Shown: positions 39,325-50,445, counted from the first letter of the stretch. The stretch is 64,000 bases of DNA from an uncultured Gammaproteobacteria bacterium (GCA_964355175.1 CAYHBZ010000002.1:204537-268536); one strand, 5' to 3'. Notes: generated by a model from the letters alone, not told the origin. Made by a program: numbers and translations.

Positions 39325-42165
39325 ATGCAAAAAAATAATCACGATAAACTCATTATCAAGGGTGCCCGTGTGCACAATCTCAAAAATATCAGTATTGAGA
39401 TTCCAAAAAATAAATTGGTGGTTTTGACCGGTCTTTCCGGCTCCGGTAAATCTTCGCTCGCTTTTGATACCATCTATGCTGAGGGTCAGCGTCGTTATGC
39501 GGAGTCGCTGTCGGCCTACGCGCGTCAATTTATGGATGTGCAGGATAAGCCGGCCGTGGACTCTATTGATGGCTTGTCGCCAACTATCGCGATTGATCAG
39601 AAAATTTCCACCCAAAATCCTAGATCGACCGTAGGTACTACTACGGAGATTTATGATTATATGCGCTTGTTGTTCGCTCGTGCCGGTACGCAATACTGTC
39701 CGGATTGTCACGAAGTGGCGCAATCCAACACCACCGGTGAAATCGTGGAACAGGCCAGAAAATTGGCGCGCACCAGTGCCCCGGTTTTAATTTTGTGTCC
39801 TTTGGTTCGTAATAATGTGGTAGATTTGAAAAGCGCACTCGAAATAGTAGAACGCTCTGGCTATGATACTGTGCGTCTAGATGGCAAATCTCTCAAAATT
39901 CATGATTTGATAAAATGTCATTTTGAACCAAATGAAAAACACGACTTGGAAATAATCGTGGGCAAAATAGCCGATGTCAAAAAGGATGATCCTTTCAAGG
40001 CTGTGAATATAGCGATTGATTTGAGTAATGGTAGCTGTGTGCTTTCGGCCGATGGGGATGATCATTTCTTTACCACTTTTGCTTATTGCAGTAAGTGCGG
40101 CCGCAAGATGCCGGAATTGGATGTGCGCAGTTTTAGTTTTAATAGTCCGTTTGGGGCTTGTCCGCGCTGTACCGGTTTGGGTGTCACTATGGAAGTGGAC
40201 GCGGAGCTCGTGATGCCAAATACCAGACTGTCTTTGTCTGAAGGAGCGATTCAGCCTTGGATGCGTATTACCGGTAATCAAGTTTGGTATACCAAATTAT
40301 TGCACGCCGTCGCCGCTAAACAAAATTTTTCTCTGGATTTGCCGGTGGCTGATTTGCCTTCGCGCGTGCTTGATATGATTTTATATGGTACCGGTAGTGA
40401 TATATATGAGATTGAAAATAAAAAAGTTAGTTTTAGTGGGGTAGTGTCGGATCTGCTCAAGCGCCATCTCGAAACCACTTCGGAATATGTGCGCAAAGAG
40501 ATCGAGCAATATATGCGCGAAAAGACTTGTCCGGTTTGTCAGGGCAAGCGTTTGCGTCAGGAATCGCTATGGGTAAAAATTAAGGATTTTAATGTCGCTG
40601 ATTTGTCGGCTCTGAGTATTGATGAAGATATAGAGATGTTAAAAAAATACGAAGACAATGATAAAAATAAAGATAATATTAAAGGAAAGATTTTTGAAAC
40701 TATAATAAAAGAATTAAAACCGCGTTTGCGTAATTTGTCGCAAGTTGGTTTGGGCTATTTGAGTCTGGACCGCTCTATGAATACACTGTCGGGCGGTGAA
40801 GTGACCCGTGTGCGTCTGGCTACCCAGTTGTCTTCGGGATTGACGGGAGTTATTTATGTATTGGATGAACCATCGGTTGGTCTGCATTCTCGCGATAATG
40901 AAAAATTGATTTCTACTCTGAAATATTTGCGTGATTTGGGAAATAGCGTGCTCGTCGTAGAGCATGACAGCGCGATGATGGCCGCGGCTGATTATCTGAT
41001 TGATGTTGGTCCTGGTGCTGGAATTTATGGCGGTAAAATTATTGCCGAAGGTACTTATGAACAGATAAAGAAAAATAAAAATTCTCTTACCGGCGCGTAT
41101 CTCAGCGGTCGTGAATCAATTTATGAAAAACCGACCAAAGCTAAAGTCGCCAAAGACGCGGCTGATAAAAAGAATAAAAAAGAAAAGTTTCTGTCTTTGA
41201 TTGGCGCCTCGGCTTTTAATTTAAAAAATATTTCGGTGGATATTCCTCTCAATAAGACCGTGTGCGTGACGGGTGTTTCCGGTTCCGGTAAATCAACCTT
41301 GGTTATCAATATTTTGGCCGCGGCTTTGAACAAACATTTTTTCCGCAGTAAAGAAGAGCCGGGAGCTTATAAAGAAATAAAAGGTTTGGAAAATATTGAT
41401 AAAGTAATTTCAATTGATCAAGTGCCAATTGGGCGCACGCCGCGCTCCAATCCGGCTACATATACCGGTATTTTCACTTTGATTCGTGATTTATTTTCGG
41501 CATTGCCAGAAGCACGCATGCGCGGCTATGATGCCGGTAAATTTAGTTTCAATGTCAAAGGCGGCGGTCGTTGTGAAGCTTGTGCCGGCGAAGGCTATGT
41601 GCGCATTCCGATGCAATTTTTGGCGGATGTGTTTATGACCTGTAATGAATGTAATGGTACGCGATATAATCAAGAAGTGTTGGAAGTGCATTATCTAGAT
41701 AAAAATATTGCCGAGGTTTTGGGCATGACCGTAGAAGAAGCCTATAAATTTTTTAGCGCTGTGCCGACTTTGGCAGAAAAATTAAATATTTTACGTAATG
41801 TCGGTTTGGGTTATTTGGCTTTGGGTCAGCCGGCCACCACTTTGTCTGGCGGTGAAGCTCAGCGTATCAAGCTCGCTACCGAATTGGCGCGAGTTTCTAC
41901 CGGTAATACTTTATATATTTTGGATGAGCCTACCACTGGTTTGCATTTTGAAGATATTAAAAGATTGCTCGCGGTATTGAAACAACTTTCCGATAAAGGT
42001 AATACCGTGCTGATCATCGAACATAATACCGATGTGATAAAATCTTGTGATTGGGTAATCGAGCTTGGTCCTGAGGGTGGTAAAGGTGGCGGTGAATTGG
42101 TGTTTGCCGGTTTGCCGGAAGATCTAAAGAAAAGTAAAAATAGTTGGACTGCGAAGTATCTGTAA
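39325..42165 (+). CDS. uvrA: Excinuclease ABC subunit A
   Basis: [23 protein letters not shown], zinc fingers, second NBD. Confidence 0.97.
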   Translation: MQKNNHDKLIIKGARVHNLKNISIEIPKNKLVVLTGLSGSGKSSLAFDTIYAEGQRRYAESLSAYARQFMDVQDKPAVDSIDGLSPTIAIDQKISTQNPRSTVGTTTEIYDYMRLLFARAGTQYCPDCHEVAQSNTTGEIVEQARKLARTSAPVLILCPLVRNNVVDLKSALEIVERSGYDTVRLDGKSLKIHDLIKCHFEPNEKHDLEIIVGKIADVKKDDPFKAVNIAIDLSNGSCVLSADGDDHFFTTFAYCSKCGRKMPELDVRSFSFNSPFGACPRCTGLGVTMEVDAELVMPNTRLSLSEGAIQPWMRITGNQVWYTKLLHAVAAKQNFSLDLPVADLPSRVLDMILYGTGSDIYEIENKKVSFSGVVSDLLKRHLETTSEYVRKEIEQYMREKTCPVCQGKRLRQESLWVKIKDFNVADLSALSIDEDIEMLKKYEDNDKNKDNIKGKIFETIIKELKPRLRNLSQVGLGYLSLDRSMNTLSGGEVTRVRLATQLSSGLTGVIYVLDEPSVGLHSRDNEKLISTLKYLRDLGNSVLVVEHDSAMMAAADYLIDVGPGAGIYGGKIIAEGTYEQIKKNKNSLTGAYLSGRESIYEKPTKAKVAKDAADKKNKKEKFLSLIGASAFNLKNISVDIPLNKTVCVTGVSGSGKSTLVINILAAALNKHFFRSKEEPGAYKEIKGLENIDKVISIDQVPIGRTPRSNPATYTGIFTLIRDLFSALPEARMRGYDAGKFSFNVKGGGRCEACAGEGYVRIPMQFLADVFMTCNECNGTRYNQEVLEVHYLDKNIAEVLGMTVEEAYKFFSAVPTLAEKLNILRNVGLGYLALGQPATTLSGGEAQRIKLATELARVSTGNTLYILDEPTTGLHFEDIKRLLAVLKQLSDKGNTVLIIEHNTDVIKSCDWVIELGPEGGKGGGELVFAGLPEDLKKSKNSWTAKYL

Positions 42166-42215
42166 TCACAAAAATAAAAAAATCCCTCTTAAATAAGAGG
42201 GATTTTTGTTTAATT

Positions 42216-42566
42216 TTATTTCTTTACTTCTTTCTTTTTCACGTCGCTTAGTTTGCGTTTGAAGTCTTTGTTGCGGAGGTAGTTGAGGCGAGCGCGGCGC
42301 ACTGCCAATTGTTTTACTACTTCGATCTTTTCTACTACTGGAGAGTAAATAGGGAAGATTTTTTCTACGCCGATACCTTCAGAAACTTTGCGAACAGTGA
42401 TGGTAGAGCCGGTTTCGTTTCCATGACGAGCGGCGATAATAGTGCCTTCGTAGATCTGGACACGTTCTTTTTCTTCACCTTTGGTGTTGGTTTCTTTAAT
42501 TTTTTGGTGAACTTTTACCACCATGCCCGGCTTGTAGATCATAGCCGTTTTAGTATTTTCAGTCAT
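42216..42566 (-). CDS. rplS: 50S ribosomal protein L19
   Basis: RVQIYEG...[16 protein letters not shown]...[10 protein letters not shown]. Confidence 0.95.
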   Translation of the reverse strand: MTENTKTAMIYKPGMVVKVHQKIKETNTKGEEKERVQIYEGTIIAARHGNETGSTITVRKVSEGIGVEKIFPIYSPVVEKIEVVKQLAVRRARLNYLRNKDFKRKLSDVKKKEVKK

Positions 42567-42639
42567 AAGATTATTTTAGCTTTTAACAGTGGGCTTATTT
42601 TAGCCGATTTTTTTGATTTTGTCAATATCTCTGGGTCGA

Positions 42640-43209
42640 TTAACCTTTTTTGTGGTAAGAAGTGATAATTTTGGCTACGTTGTCAATAGTTTCGTCCAAA
42701 TTCCCGGCCTGGTTCACTACCTGAAATTGGTATTCATCGGCCGCCTGAATCTCTTTTTTGGCAGTTTCTAGGCGCAGAGCCAGCTCGGCTTCGTTCACGC
42801 CACCGCGATTGAGGATGCGCTTTTTGAGGTCATCTAAATTGTTTGGAACCAAAAATATGGATAAATTTTCTATGCCGGACTCAGTGTAATTGCGTCGTCC
42901 TTGGATATCCACATTGGAGAACACAACATCAAAATTTTGTAATTTATTTTCTAGTTCGGATTTTTGTACGCCATAATAATTTTCGGCATAGGTGGCGTAT
43001 TCCATCATCTCGCCATTTTTTATTTTATTTTCAAAATCAGCTCGGCTGATGAAATAATAAGTCGTACCTTCGCTGTCTTCGGGGCGAGGCGATCGGGTGG
43101 TGGTGGTGACCAATTTGGCCGAGTGCGGAATTATTTTTATCAATTCACGAATTACGGCGTCTTTGCCGCCGCCCGATGGTGAAGAAATGATGACAAATAA
43201 TCCGGCCAT
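42640..43209 (-). CDS. gmk: Guanylate kinase
   Basis: SSPSGGGKD, TTR.PR and YYFISR motifs. Confidence 0.9.
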   Translation of the reverse strand: MAGLFVIISSPSGGGKDAVIRELIKIIPHSAKLVTTTTRSPRPEDSEGTTYYFISRADFENKIKNGEMMEYATYAENYYGVQKSELENKLQNFDVVFSNVDIQGRRNYTESGIENLSIFLVPNNLDDLKKRILNRGGVNEAELALRLETAKKEIQAADEYQFQVVNQAGNLDETIDNVAKIITSYHKKG

Positions 43210-43210
43210 A

Positions 43211-44176
43211 TTATTTTAGCAAAAGCAAAAAGTCAGCGAGTGGTTTTGGTAGAGTAGATTGGAATTCTTGTCGGTCGCCGTCGAGGTCCACAAAAGCCAA
43301 TCGGACACAATGTAAAAATAATCGTCCGCAAACTTTGTCCCAGCGGTCTTTGCGTTTTTTCTGAAAGTATAAAGGGTCGCCCACGACCGGGTGATTGTAG
43401 GCCAAAAGATGGGCGCGAATTTGGTGCATGCGACCGGTATGAATTTTTACTTTGAGCAGAGTGAAATTAATAAAACGTTTTTCTACATCAAAGTCGGTGA
43501 GGGCTTCTTTGCCCAAAGTATTTACTCGGCCATATTCAGTGGCGGGCAGAGCAGACATTCTTTCCACATTACGGCCACGTTCGAGCGGGAAATTGATACT
43601 ATCAAAATCTTTGCTCGTTTTTCCGTGGGCCAATACGAGGTATTCTTTTTCTACGGTACGGTTTTTAAATTGATCTTTGAGGTGTTCAAACATTTTTTGG
43701 GTGCGGGCTACCACCAAAAGACCGGAAGCTTCTTTATCGAGGCGGTGCACGATGCCGGGACGCTTGGGATCGTCGCCGACTTTTTTTAAACCAGGATATT
43801 TTTTGGCCAGCATACTAGCCAATGAATCCGGTTCATTTTTGTCGGTAGAGTGGGTGAGTAGGCCGTAAGGTTTTTCTACCACCAGATAATCCGGAGTTTC
43901 TTTAATAATATTAATATGGAATTTTTCTTTTTTTACTTTCTCCTCTTTAACGGTAAGTTTTTTTTCTGGCTCAGCTTTGTTTACTATTACTTTGTCGGTG
44001 GCGCGGATAGAGCCGCCGGTTTTGGTGACTATTTTTCCATTTACAGTTACTTGGGCGTTATCAATTAATTTTTTTATTTGTGAACGCGAAATTTTTAGTT
44101 TGGCGGATAAAAAAAGATCGAGGCGTTGTGAAGGCATGGCTTTCTGCTCGTGATTTTTTTTGGCAATTTTTTTCAT
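43211..44176 (-). CDS. RluA-family pseudouridine synthase with S4 domain
   Basis: GIVHRLDKEASG and TGRMHQIRAH motifs. Confidence 0.92.
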   Translation of the reverse strand: MKKIAKKNHEQKAMPSQRLDLFLSAKLKISRSQIKKLIDNAQVTVNGKIVTKTGGSIRATDKVIVNKAEPEKKLTVKEEKVKKEKFHINIIKETPDYLVVEKPYGLLTHSTDKNEPDSLASMLAKKYPGLKKVGDDPKRPGIVHRLDKEASGLLVVARTQKMFEHLKDQFKNRTVEKEYLVLAHGKTSKDFDSINFPLERGRNVERMSALPATEYGRVNTLGKEALTDFDVEKRFINFTLLKVKIHTGRMHQIRAHLLAYNHPVVGDPLYFQKKRKDRWDKVCGRLFLHCVRLAFVDLDGDRQEFQSTLPKPLADFLLLLK

Positions 44177-44761
44177 TTAGATAGATAGTTTGATCCGTGG
44201 AGGAGCAGGTCTCATCCCTCCTTTTGGTAAATTGGAAATAAGAGGATTATTTTTATTTCTAATGGAGCTGGCAATGCCGCCGGAAGCTTGAATTGTTTGA
44301 CCGGCCGAGATCATCCTGGTCTGATCGCCGATCTGACTGACCTTGGCCGATTTCTGTATGCCGGCAATTGAGGTGACGCCATGCGATTGGATGTCATCTT
44401 CGGCGCGAATTATTTCGCGGCGAATCACCGGTTTCATCAGGTGGTGGCTGAGTTTTTTTACAGCTTCGTGTTCGGTGGCACTGAGGTGTTCGCCTTTCAT
44501 CGCCGCTTCGTGACTGATTTTGTGCATCATATTTTCGGCCTGATGTTTGGACAGACCGCCGCGTCGAATTAGGTGCTGATTTTTTAGAACTATAGAATTT
44601 ATGGCTTCTACCGCTATTTTATTTTCCCTTAGCGTGCCCATGCCGTGATAATTATTATTGATGGCACTGTGAAGTTTGCCGGCAAAGCCGGAAGTATTTT
44701 TAGCATGAAATGACAAGCCTGGTTTGGCGGTAGATGTATTGAAATGTTCTAAAATTGACAT
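44177..44761 (-). CDS. Hypothetical protein
   Basis: ORF starting MSILEH just downstream of the tRNA. Confidence 0.55.
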   Translation of the reverse strand: MSILEHFNTSTAKPGLSFHAKNTSGFAGKLHSAINNNYHGMGTLRENKIAVEAINSIVLKNQHLIRRGGLSKHQAENMMHKISHEAAMKGEHLSATEHEAVKKLSHHLMKPVIRREIIRAEDDIQSHGVTSIAGIQKSAKVSQIGDQTRMISAGQTIQASGGIASSIRNKNNPLISNLPKGGMRPAPPRIKLSI

Positions 44762-44776
44762 ATATAAAAAATATTG

Positions 44777-44849
44777 TGCGCCCAGATGGGATTGAACCAT
44801 CGACCTATTGCTTATAAGACAATTGCTCTAACCACTGAGCTATGGGCGC
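44777..44849 (-). tRNA. tRNA-Ile (TAT anticodon)
   Basis: GCGCCCA...TAGCTCAG...ATTGT-CTTATAA-GCAAT...GGTTCAATCC...TGGGCGCA. Confidence 0.88.
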
Positions 44850-45514
44850 GTTTTAATGTAGTTATCTCTAATTGATTTCAAGGCCATCATTACTTTTTCA
44901 TTTAATCTTGCGTCACCAATTTTCACATTACAAGTACCATGTCCGAAACCACCTTTATGAGTTATGTTTTTTAATAAAGTTTTTTTAATATATGGTTTTA
45001 CAAATTGTTTTGTTGGGATGTTTAGAGTTTCCGACCAATAATTAGTTTCTGTTTCTATTTTCATATCTTCGTATAAGTGAAGATATACTTTTAATTCTGT
45101 TTTTGGGACATTCAAAATTGTTGTAAGCCAAATAATAAAAAATTTTATTAAAGCAGGGTCGGTATTCGACATATTTAAATCAGCAGTGTGTGTTTTTGTA
45201 CCTTCTCCCCAATATAGAAATAGACCGCACAGATATAGAGCCTTTTTTTGTATAGGAAAGATATTCTTTTTCTCAATTAAATAAGTATTTTTTAATCGAG
45301 CATCCCTTTTGGCCTTCATTGTTTCTCGAAATCTTTCAATCCTTAATTCGTTCGTGTCTCTTAATTCCCGGATGCGTTCTTTGGACAAAGGGTATTCTCT
45401 GAGCCAATAACTTAGTGTGCCTTTACTGACATTTAGTTTATTTTTTATTTGACTATAGCTCATTCCTTCTTTTCTTAGGTCCATAGCCATTTTTCGTTTT
45501 ATACCTAGAGACAT
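44840..45514 (-). CDS. HTH plus LAGLIDADG-like domain protein
   Basis: LRKEGMSYSQIKNKLNVSKGTLSYWL HTH; LYWGEG...SNTDP motif; low GC. Confidence 0.65.
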   Translation of the reverse strand: MSLGIKRKMAMDLRKEGMSYSQIKNKLNVSKGTLSYWLREYPLSKERIRELRDTNELRIERFRETMKAKRDARLKNTYLIEKKNIFPIQKKALYLCGLFLYWGEGTKTHTADLNMSNTDPALIKFFIIWLTTILNVPKTELKVYLHLYEDMKIETETNYWSETLNIPTKQFVKPYIKKTLLKNITHKGGFGHGTCNVKIGDARLNEKVMMALKSIRDNYIKTRP

Positions 45515-45670
45515 AATTGAACTATCAATATTAATGAATTATTAGTATTCATTAGTTCATTTTACCACATTAATTTTGAAAGAACAAGAAGTTGTAGGGG
45601 CATTATACCAGTTTTGAGCAAAAATTCAAGGGTTGCCAAGCGGGTGGAAAATTGGTAAAATTAGAGCACT

Positions 45671-46204
45671 ATGAATTGGAATACGAAGTTATTTTTGAAG
45701 ATTAACACCCTGGTAGGCAAGAATCGCTGGCTGGATGCTTTTGGGCGTGCCGGAGCGGAATGGGTGATCATTGGAATGGGTGGTTGGTATGTGGCGATTA
45801 GTTTTATTTTGCATTACGGCAATCCTTATCTGATGTGGCTGCCAATTTTTACCCTGGCCGGTGCCGAATTGGTCGGATTATTTTTCAGTAACATGATTGG
45901 TCTGATCGTGCATGAAGTACGTCCTCGCTTAAGTATTCCTGAGATCAAAATTTTATTTATGCCGGCGTCTTTATGGAAATCTTTTCCATCCGATCACGCG
46001 ATGTCGGCGTTTTTGATTTTTTTAATGGCAATTATTTTCGGGTTTCCGACCGCGCTTGGACTTTTACCTCTGGTACTGTGGGTTTGCTGGGGTAGAGTTT
46101 ATAGCGGCGTGCATTATCCCGGCGATATTTTGGGCGGGCTGACTTTGGCGGCCTTTGTATCGGTCTTGGCCTGCGCGGTTTTATTGCGTTTTAATTTTAT
46201 TTAA
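45671..46204 (+). CDS. PAP2-family phosphatase (undecaprenyl-diphosphatase-like)
   Basis: RP...SFPSDHA...RVYSGVHYPGD. Confidence 0.88.
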   Translation: MNWNTKLFLKINTLVGKNRWLDAFGRAGAEWVIIGMGGWYVAISFILHYGNPYLMWLPIFTLAGAELVGLFFSNMIGLIVHEVRPRLSIPEIKILFMPASLWKSFPSDHAMSAFLIFLMAIIFGFPTALGLLPLVLWVCWGRVYSGVHYPGDILGGLTLAAFVSVLACAVLLRFNFI

Positions 46205-46205
46205 T

Positions 46206-46898
46206 ATGAAAGCGATTATTTTGGCCGGAGGACTGGGTACACGGTTGCGTCCTTTGACGGATAATACACCAAAACCATTATTACCGGTAAAAGGAAAACC
46301 AATAATTGAGCACGCGATTTTGAATTTTAAAAAACACGGAATTGAAGATATTATTTTGTCGATTGGCTATAAGGCCGATATTATCAAAGAATATTTTGGT
46401 GATGGCAGTAAATACGGAGTAAAGATTAGTTATTGTATTGAAGATCAGCCGATGGGTACTGGCGGTGCTTTGAAAATGGCCTCGGCCGGGATAGATGAAA
46501 CTTTCGTAGCTATCAATGGTGATAATTTGGCGGACTTTGATTGGACAGCGGCGATTGAAACTCATAAGAAAAATAATGCCAAAGTGACTCTGCAACTTTT
46601 TCCGGTGGAGGATGTGACCAAGTTTGGTATCGCTCGTTTGGATGATGGCCGAATTATAGAATTTATTGAAAAGCCGACAGTAGAGCAGGCACCGTCCAAT
46701 CTCAATAATGCGGGCGGGTATATTTTGGAGCCGGAAGTTTTGGCTGTTTTGTCAGATGGGTTTTGTATGATTGAGAGGGATTGTTTTGAGAAGTTGGCGG
46801 CGACTGGCGTGGTGTATGCGCATCATCATATTGGGCAGTGGTTTCCGACGGATACGATTGAGAAATATTCTTTGGCTGACAGGGAGTTTAATCCATAG
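46206..46898 (+). CDS. Sugar-phosphate nucleotidyltransferase
   Basis: ILAGGLGTRLRPLT...PKPLL motif. Confidence 0.9.
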   Translation: MKAIILAGGLGTRLRPLTDNTPKPLLPVKGKPIIEHAILNFKKHGIEDIILSIGYKADIIKEYFGDGSKYGVKISYCIEDQPMGTGGALKMASAGIDETFVAINGDNLADFDWTAAIETHKKNNAKVTLQLFPVEDVTKFGIARLDDGRIIEFIEKPTVEQAPSNLNNAGGYILEPEVLAVLSDGFCMIERDCFEKLAATGVVYAHHHIGQWFPTDTIEKYSLADREFNP

Positions 46899-46905
46899 TT
46901 TCGTC

Positions 46906-47086
46906 GGCCGTAAATATCTGCCTGTTCTCTCACTGTGAAAATATTTGAATAATTTGCAACTCCCTGAGCCTCTGGCCGTGAACTCGTCGCTTGGCTCCTC
47001 AGACAGCACGGCCAGCCACGGCTCTGGGACTCACAAATTATAGTCGAATATTTTCAGCGGTTCGTTCGGAAAGATTATCTACGGCC
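46906..47086. repeat. Structured intergenic repeat, copy 2
   Basis: Homologous to 25100-25273 with compensatory changes. Confidence 0.75.
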
Positions 47087-47117
47087 TCCTCTAAGTTTTT
47101 AAATTTAATATAGATAA

Positions 47118-47996
47118 ATGGAATTCTTTTTTCAGAAATATAAATTTCTTTTAGTGCCTGTCGTATTAGCCATCTTTCTATTTGGAGGATTATTTTTGTT
47201 TTATCAGCGCTCTCATCCGAAGAGAACGATGATACCGTCGCGTCCGGAAATTACTTTGACTATTATTCCGGGTTGGAATTTGCGTCAGGTGGCGGATTAT
47301 TTGGTGCTCAAGGGAGTGGCGACCAGTACGGAGGCGGTATATGCGATTACCGGTGAACCTGCGTATTATTATGATTGGAAAAATGATTATCCATTAATAA
47401 TAAATAAAAAATATCGATTGGAAATGGCACACGATCAAAGTTACGAGGGATTTTTGGCACCGGAAACTTATAGAGTATTTGCCGATGCTAAATTAGTAGA
47501 TGTTATTGAGAAATTTTACGCGCACAGAGACAGCGAATTTACCGATGATTTATTATACAATCAAATTAGCAATTTGAAATATGTGAAATCTAATAAATGG
47601 TTTATCCAAGTAGGAAAGGTGCTCACGGTGGCTAGTATTGTAGAAAAAGAAACTAAACACGATGCCGATCGAGCGCTTGTTGCCGATATTCTATGGCGTC
47701 GTTTGCAGAAAAATTGGGCACTACAAGTGGATTCGTCGGTGCATTATGCGGTGGATAGGACGGGTGATGTTTTTACTACCAGCAAAGAGCGACAAATTGA
47801 TTCTCTTTGGAATACTTATAAATATCCAGGCTTGCCACCAGGACCGATTTGCAATCCTTCGATTGAGTCTATAAAGGCTACCATTAATCCCAGTCCTAAT
47901 GACTATTGGTATTTTCTCAGTGATATGGATGGCAATATGCATTACGCTAGTACGCTAGAACAACACAATCAAAATAAATATAAATATCTTAGATAA
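47118..47996 (+). CDS. mltG: Endolytic transglycosylase MltG
   Basis: EGFLAPETY, ASIVEKE, LQVD and NTYKYPGLPPGPICNP motifs. Confidence 0.9.
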   Translation: MEFFFQKYKFLLVPVVLAIFLFGGLFLFYQRSHPKRTMIPSRPEITLTIIPGWNLRQVADYLVLKGVATSTEAVYAITGEPAYYYDWKNDYPLIINKKYRLEMAHDQSYEGFLAPETYRVFADAKLVDVIEKFYAHRDSEFTDDLLYNQISNLKYVKSNKWFIQVGKVLTVASIVEKETKHDADRALVADILWRRLQKNWALQVDSSVHYAVDRTGDVFTTSKERQIDSLWNTYKYPGLPPGPICNPSIESIKATINPSPNDYWYFLSDMDGNMHYASTLEQHNQNKYKYLR

Positions 47997-48021
47997 AATT
48001 TTTGAGAGATATATAAAAAAT

Positions 48022-49119
48022 ATGAAAACTTCGGATTTTGATTACAATTTACCGACAGATTTAATCGCTCAAACACCGGTGGAGCCGCGTGATTCTTCGC
48101 GCCTGATGGTGGTGGATAGAGATACTCATCAGATGAAGGAGCAAAAATTTTTGGATATCATAAATTTTTTACAAGAAGGGGATCTGCTCGTATGGAATAA
48201 TTCCAAAGTTTTCAAAGCGCGTTTGCGCGGCACATTGGTGTTGGATGAAACTACATCGGACACAAAAATTCCGGCCAATGCCACGGATAAAATTCTCAAT
48301 GCCGCGACAGTAGAAATATTTTTGGTGCGTCCAATGGAAAATCCGGGAGTGTGGAAAGCGCTGGCCAAGCCGGGTAGAAAATTACGCCTGGGAATAAAAA
48401 TAATTTTTGCCAAAGATTTTGCGGCCGAAGTAATTTCCAAAGAAAATGACGGGACATTTTTGTTGCAATTCAATGAAGACGATATGGAAGTGCGCGCCAA
48501 AGCGAATCAGTATGGCGAAGTGCCGACTCCGCCGTATATCAAAAGCCAACAATTGGCCAATCTGGATAAGCGCTATCAGACGGTATATGCCAAACACGAA
48601 GGCTCGGTAGCCGCACCGACAGCCGGATTTCATTTCACTCCGGAGCTTATAGAAAAACTAGAAAAAAAAGGAGTGCAATTTGCCGAGGTGACATTACATG
48701 TGGGGCTGGGGACATTTTTGCCAGTAAAGACCGACGCCGTAGAGGATCATAAAATGCACAGTGAGTGGGTAGAGCTTTCCGATAAAAATGCCCACTTAAT
48801 AAATAACGCCAAAGCTGAGGGGCGGCGCGTGATCGCGGTGGGTACTACTACTGTGCGCACACTCGAAGGCTTGGCGATGAAATTTGGCAAAGGAGAGCTC
48901 GAGCCATATCAGGGCGACATAAATATTTTTATTACCCCTGGATTTAAATTCAAAATTATTGACGCGCTCATTACTAATTTTCATCTTCCTCAGTCCACAC
49001 TTCTCATGCTTGTTTCTGCTTTTGTGAAAGATAGAGAGTTTATGCTCAAATGCTATGAAGAAGCAGTAAAAGAAAAATATCGTTTTTTTAGTTTCGGTGA
49101 CGCTATGTTGATAAAATAG
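48022..49119 (+). CDS. queA: tRNA preQ1 SAM ribosyltransferase-isomerase
   Basis: DFDYNLP..LIAQ, GSVAAPTAG, TNFHLP and YRFFSFGDAM motifs. Confidence 0.96.
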   Translation: MKTSDFDYNLPTDLIAQTPVEPRDSSRLMVVDRDTHQMKEQKFLDIINFLQEGDLLVWNNSKVFKARLRGTLVLDETTSDTKIPANATDKILNAATVEIFLVRPMENPGVWKALAKPGRKLRLGIKIIFAKDFAAEVISKENDGTFLLQFNEDDMEVRAKANQYGEVPTPPYIKSQQLANLDKRYQTVYAKHEGSVAAPTAGFHFTPELIEKLEKKGVQFAEVTLHVGLGTFLPVKTDAVEDHKMHSEWVELSDKNAHLINNAKAEGRRVIAVGTTTVRTLEGLAMKFGKGELEPYQGDINIFITPGFKFKIIDALITNFHLPQSTLLMLVSAFVKDREFMLKCYEEAVKEKYRFFSFGDAMLIK

Positions 49120-49197
49120 AGGTAAAAATATTTTTGTTCCTCTATTTTGAATAATAAAAAAATCCCTCGATTTAACTCGGGGGATTTTTAATTTGTT

Positions 49198-49620
49198 TTA
49201 TTCGATTACTACACCCATCTGGCGGGCAGTACCTTCTACCATTTTCATTGCGGCCTCAATGCTGTTCACTTTGAGATCCGGCAATTTCTTTTCAGCGATT
49301 TCTTTCAATTGAGCTTTAGTCAATTTGCCAACCTTTTCGCGCAAAGGGTTTCCAGATCCTTTTTCGATTTTGGCGGCTTTTTTGATCAATTCAGAAACCG
49401 GAGCAATCTTCATAATAAAGCTGAAACTGTGATCGGCGTAAACAGTAATTACTACTGGCACGACTTCACCTTTTCTGTCCTGAGTCTTGTCATTGAATTC
49501 TTTACAGAATCCTTGGATGTTGACACCATGCTGACCAAGAGCGGGACCGACTGGAGGCGCAGGGTTAGCGGCTCCACCCATGATTTGTAATTTGATTTGG
49601 GTTAGAACTTTTTTTGCCAT
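49198..49620 (-). CDS. rplK: 50S ribosomal protein L11
   Basis: [15 protein letters not shown]. Confidence 0.97.
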   Translation of the reverse strand: MAKKVLTQIKLQIMGGAANPAPPVGPALGQHGVNIQGFCKEFNDKTQDRKGEVVPVVITVYADHSFSFIMKIAPVSELIKKAAKIEKGSGNPLREKVGKLTKAQLKEIAEKKLPDLKVNSIEAAMKMVEGTARQMGVVIE

Positions 49621-49691
49621 ATTATTATAATTATTTGTTAAGTCTCCGAGAAGCGCCTTTGGGGCCGAAGATTTTAACTTTTATATACTAC

Positions 49692-50237
49692 TTAAATTTT
49701 CTTCACTTGTAAAGCGTCGAGCTCGACAGGGGTCTCGCGACCAAACATGGTCACCATGACTTTTACCTTGCCGCGTTCTGGATCCACATGAGATACTTTA
49801 CCTTCAAAATTCTTAAATGGACCATCGGTAATACGCACTACGCTGTTTACTTCCACATCGATCTTGTGAGTAGCGCCTTCACCGGCCGCGCGTTTGATCA
49901 GCTGTTCAACTTCTTTCTGATCGATAGGAGTAGGAGTAGTACCGGATCCGATAAACCCAGTCACATTTGGGGTGTTGCGCACTACATACCAGCTGTCATC
50001 GGTCACAACCATTTCTACCAACACATAACCTGGAAAGATTTTTTCATCCACGGTGGTGCGTTTACCATTTTTGATTTTAATTTTTTGTTCTTTGGGTACC
50101 ATCACGGCAAAGATTTTATCCTGCATCATGAATGATTCCACACGCTGTTCGAGGTTGCGTTTTACATTTTCCTCGTAGCCAGAGTAGGTGTGTAGCACAT
50201 ACCAGCGGCGTCCGAGGTTTAGGGTTTGTTTTGCCAT
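49692..50237 (-). CDS. nusG: Transcription factor NusG
   Basis: WYVLHTYSGYE, FPGYV, KOW domain, FGRETPVEL. Confidence 0.97.
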   Translation of the reverse strand: MAKQTLNLGRRWYVLHTYSGYEENVKRNLEQRVESFMMQDKIFAVMVPKEQKIKIKNGKRTTVDEKIFPGYVLVEMVVTDDSWYVVRNTPNVTGFIGSGTTPTPIDQKEVEQLIKRAAGEGATHKIDVEVNSVVRITDGPFKNFEGKVSHVDPERGKVKVMVTMFGRETPVELDALQVKKI

Positions 50238-50250
50238 AGTAGTACTTTAA

Positions 50251-50445
50251 TTAGCGGTTAATTAAAGTCTGGATACCAAGGTTGAACATATAGTCGAGCG
50301 CTGTGAAAAACAAAGCGACGCCTACGCTCAAAGCCACCACAACTAGGCTGTAGTTGATAGTCTGCTGTTTGGTTGGCCAGGTGACTTTCGTCATTTCGGC
50401 ATAAGAGCCGAGCAAATAATTTTTGATTTTACCAAAAATGTTCAT
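50251..50445 (-). CDS. secE: Preprotein translocase subunit SecE
   Basis: EMTKVTWPT followed by a TM helix. Confidence 0.92.
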   Translation of the reverse strand: MNIFGKIKNYLLGSYAEMTKVTWPTKQQTINYSLVVVALSVGVALFFTALDYMFNLGIQTLINR

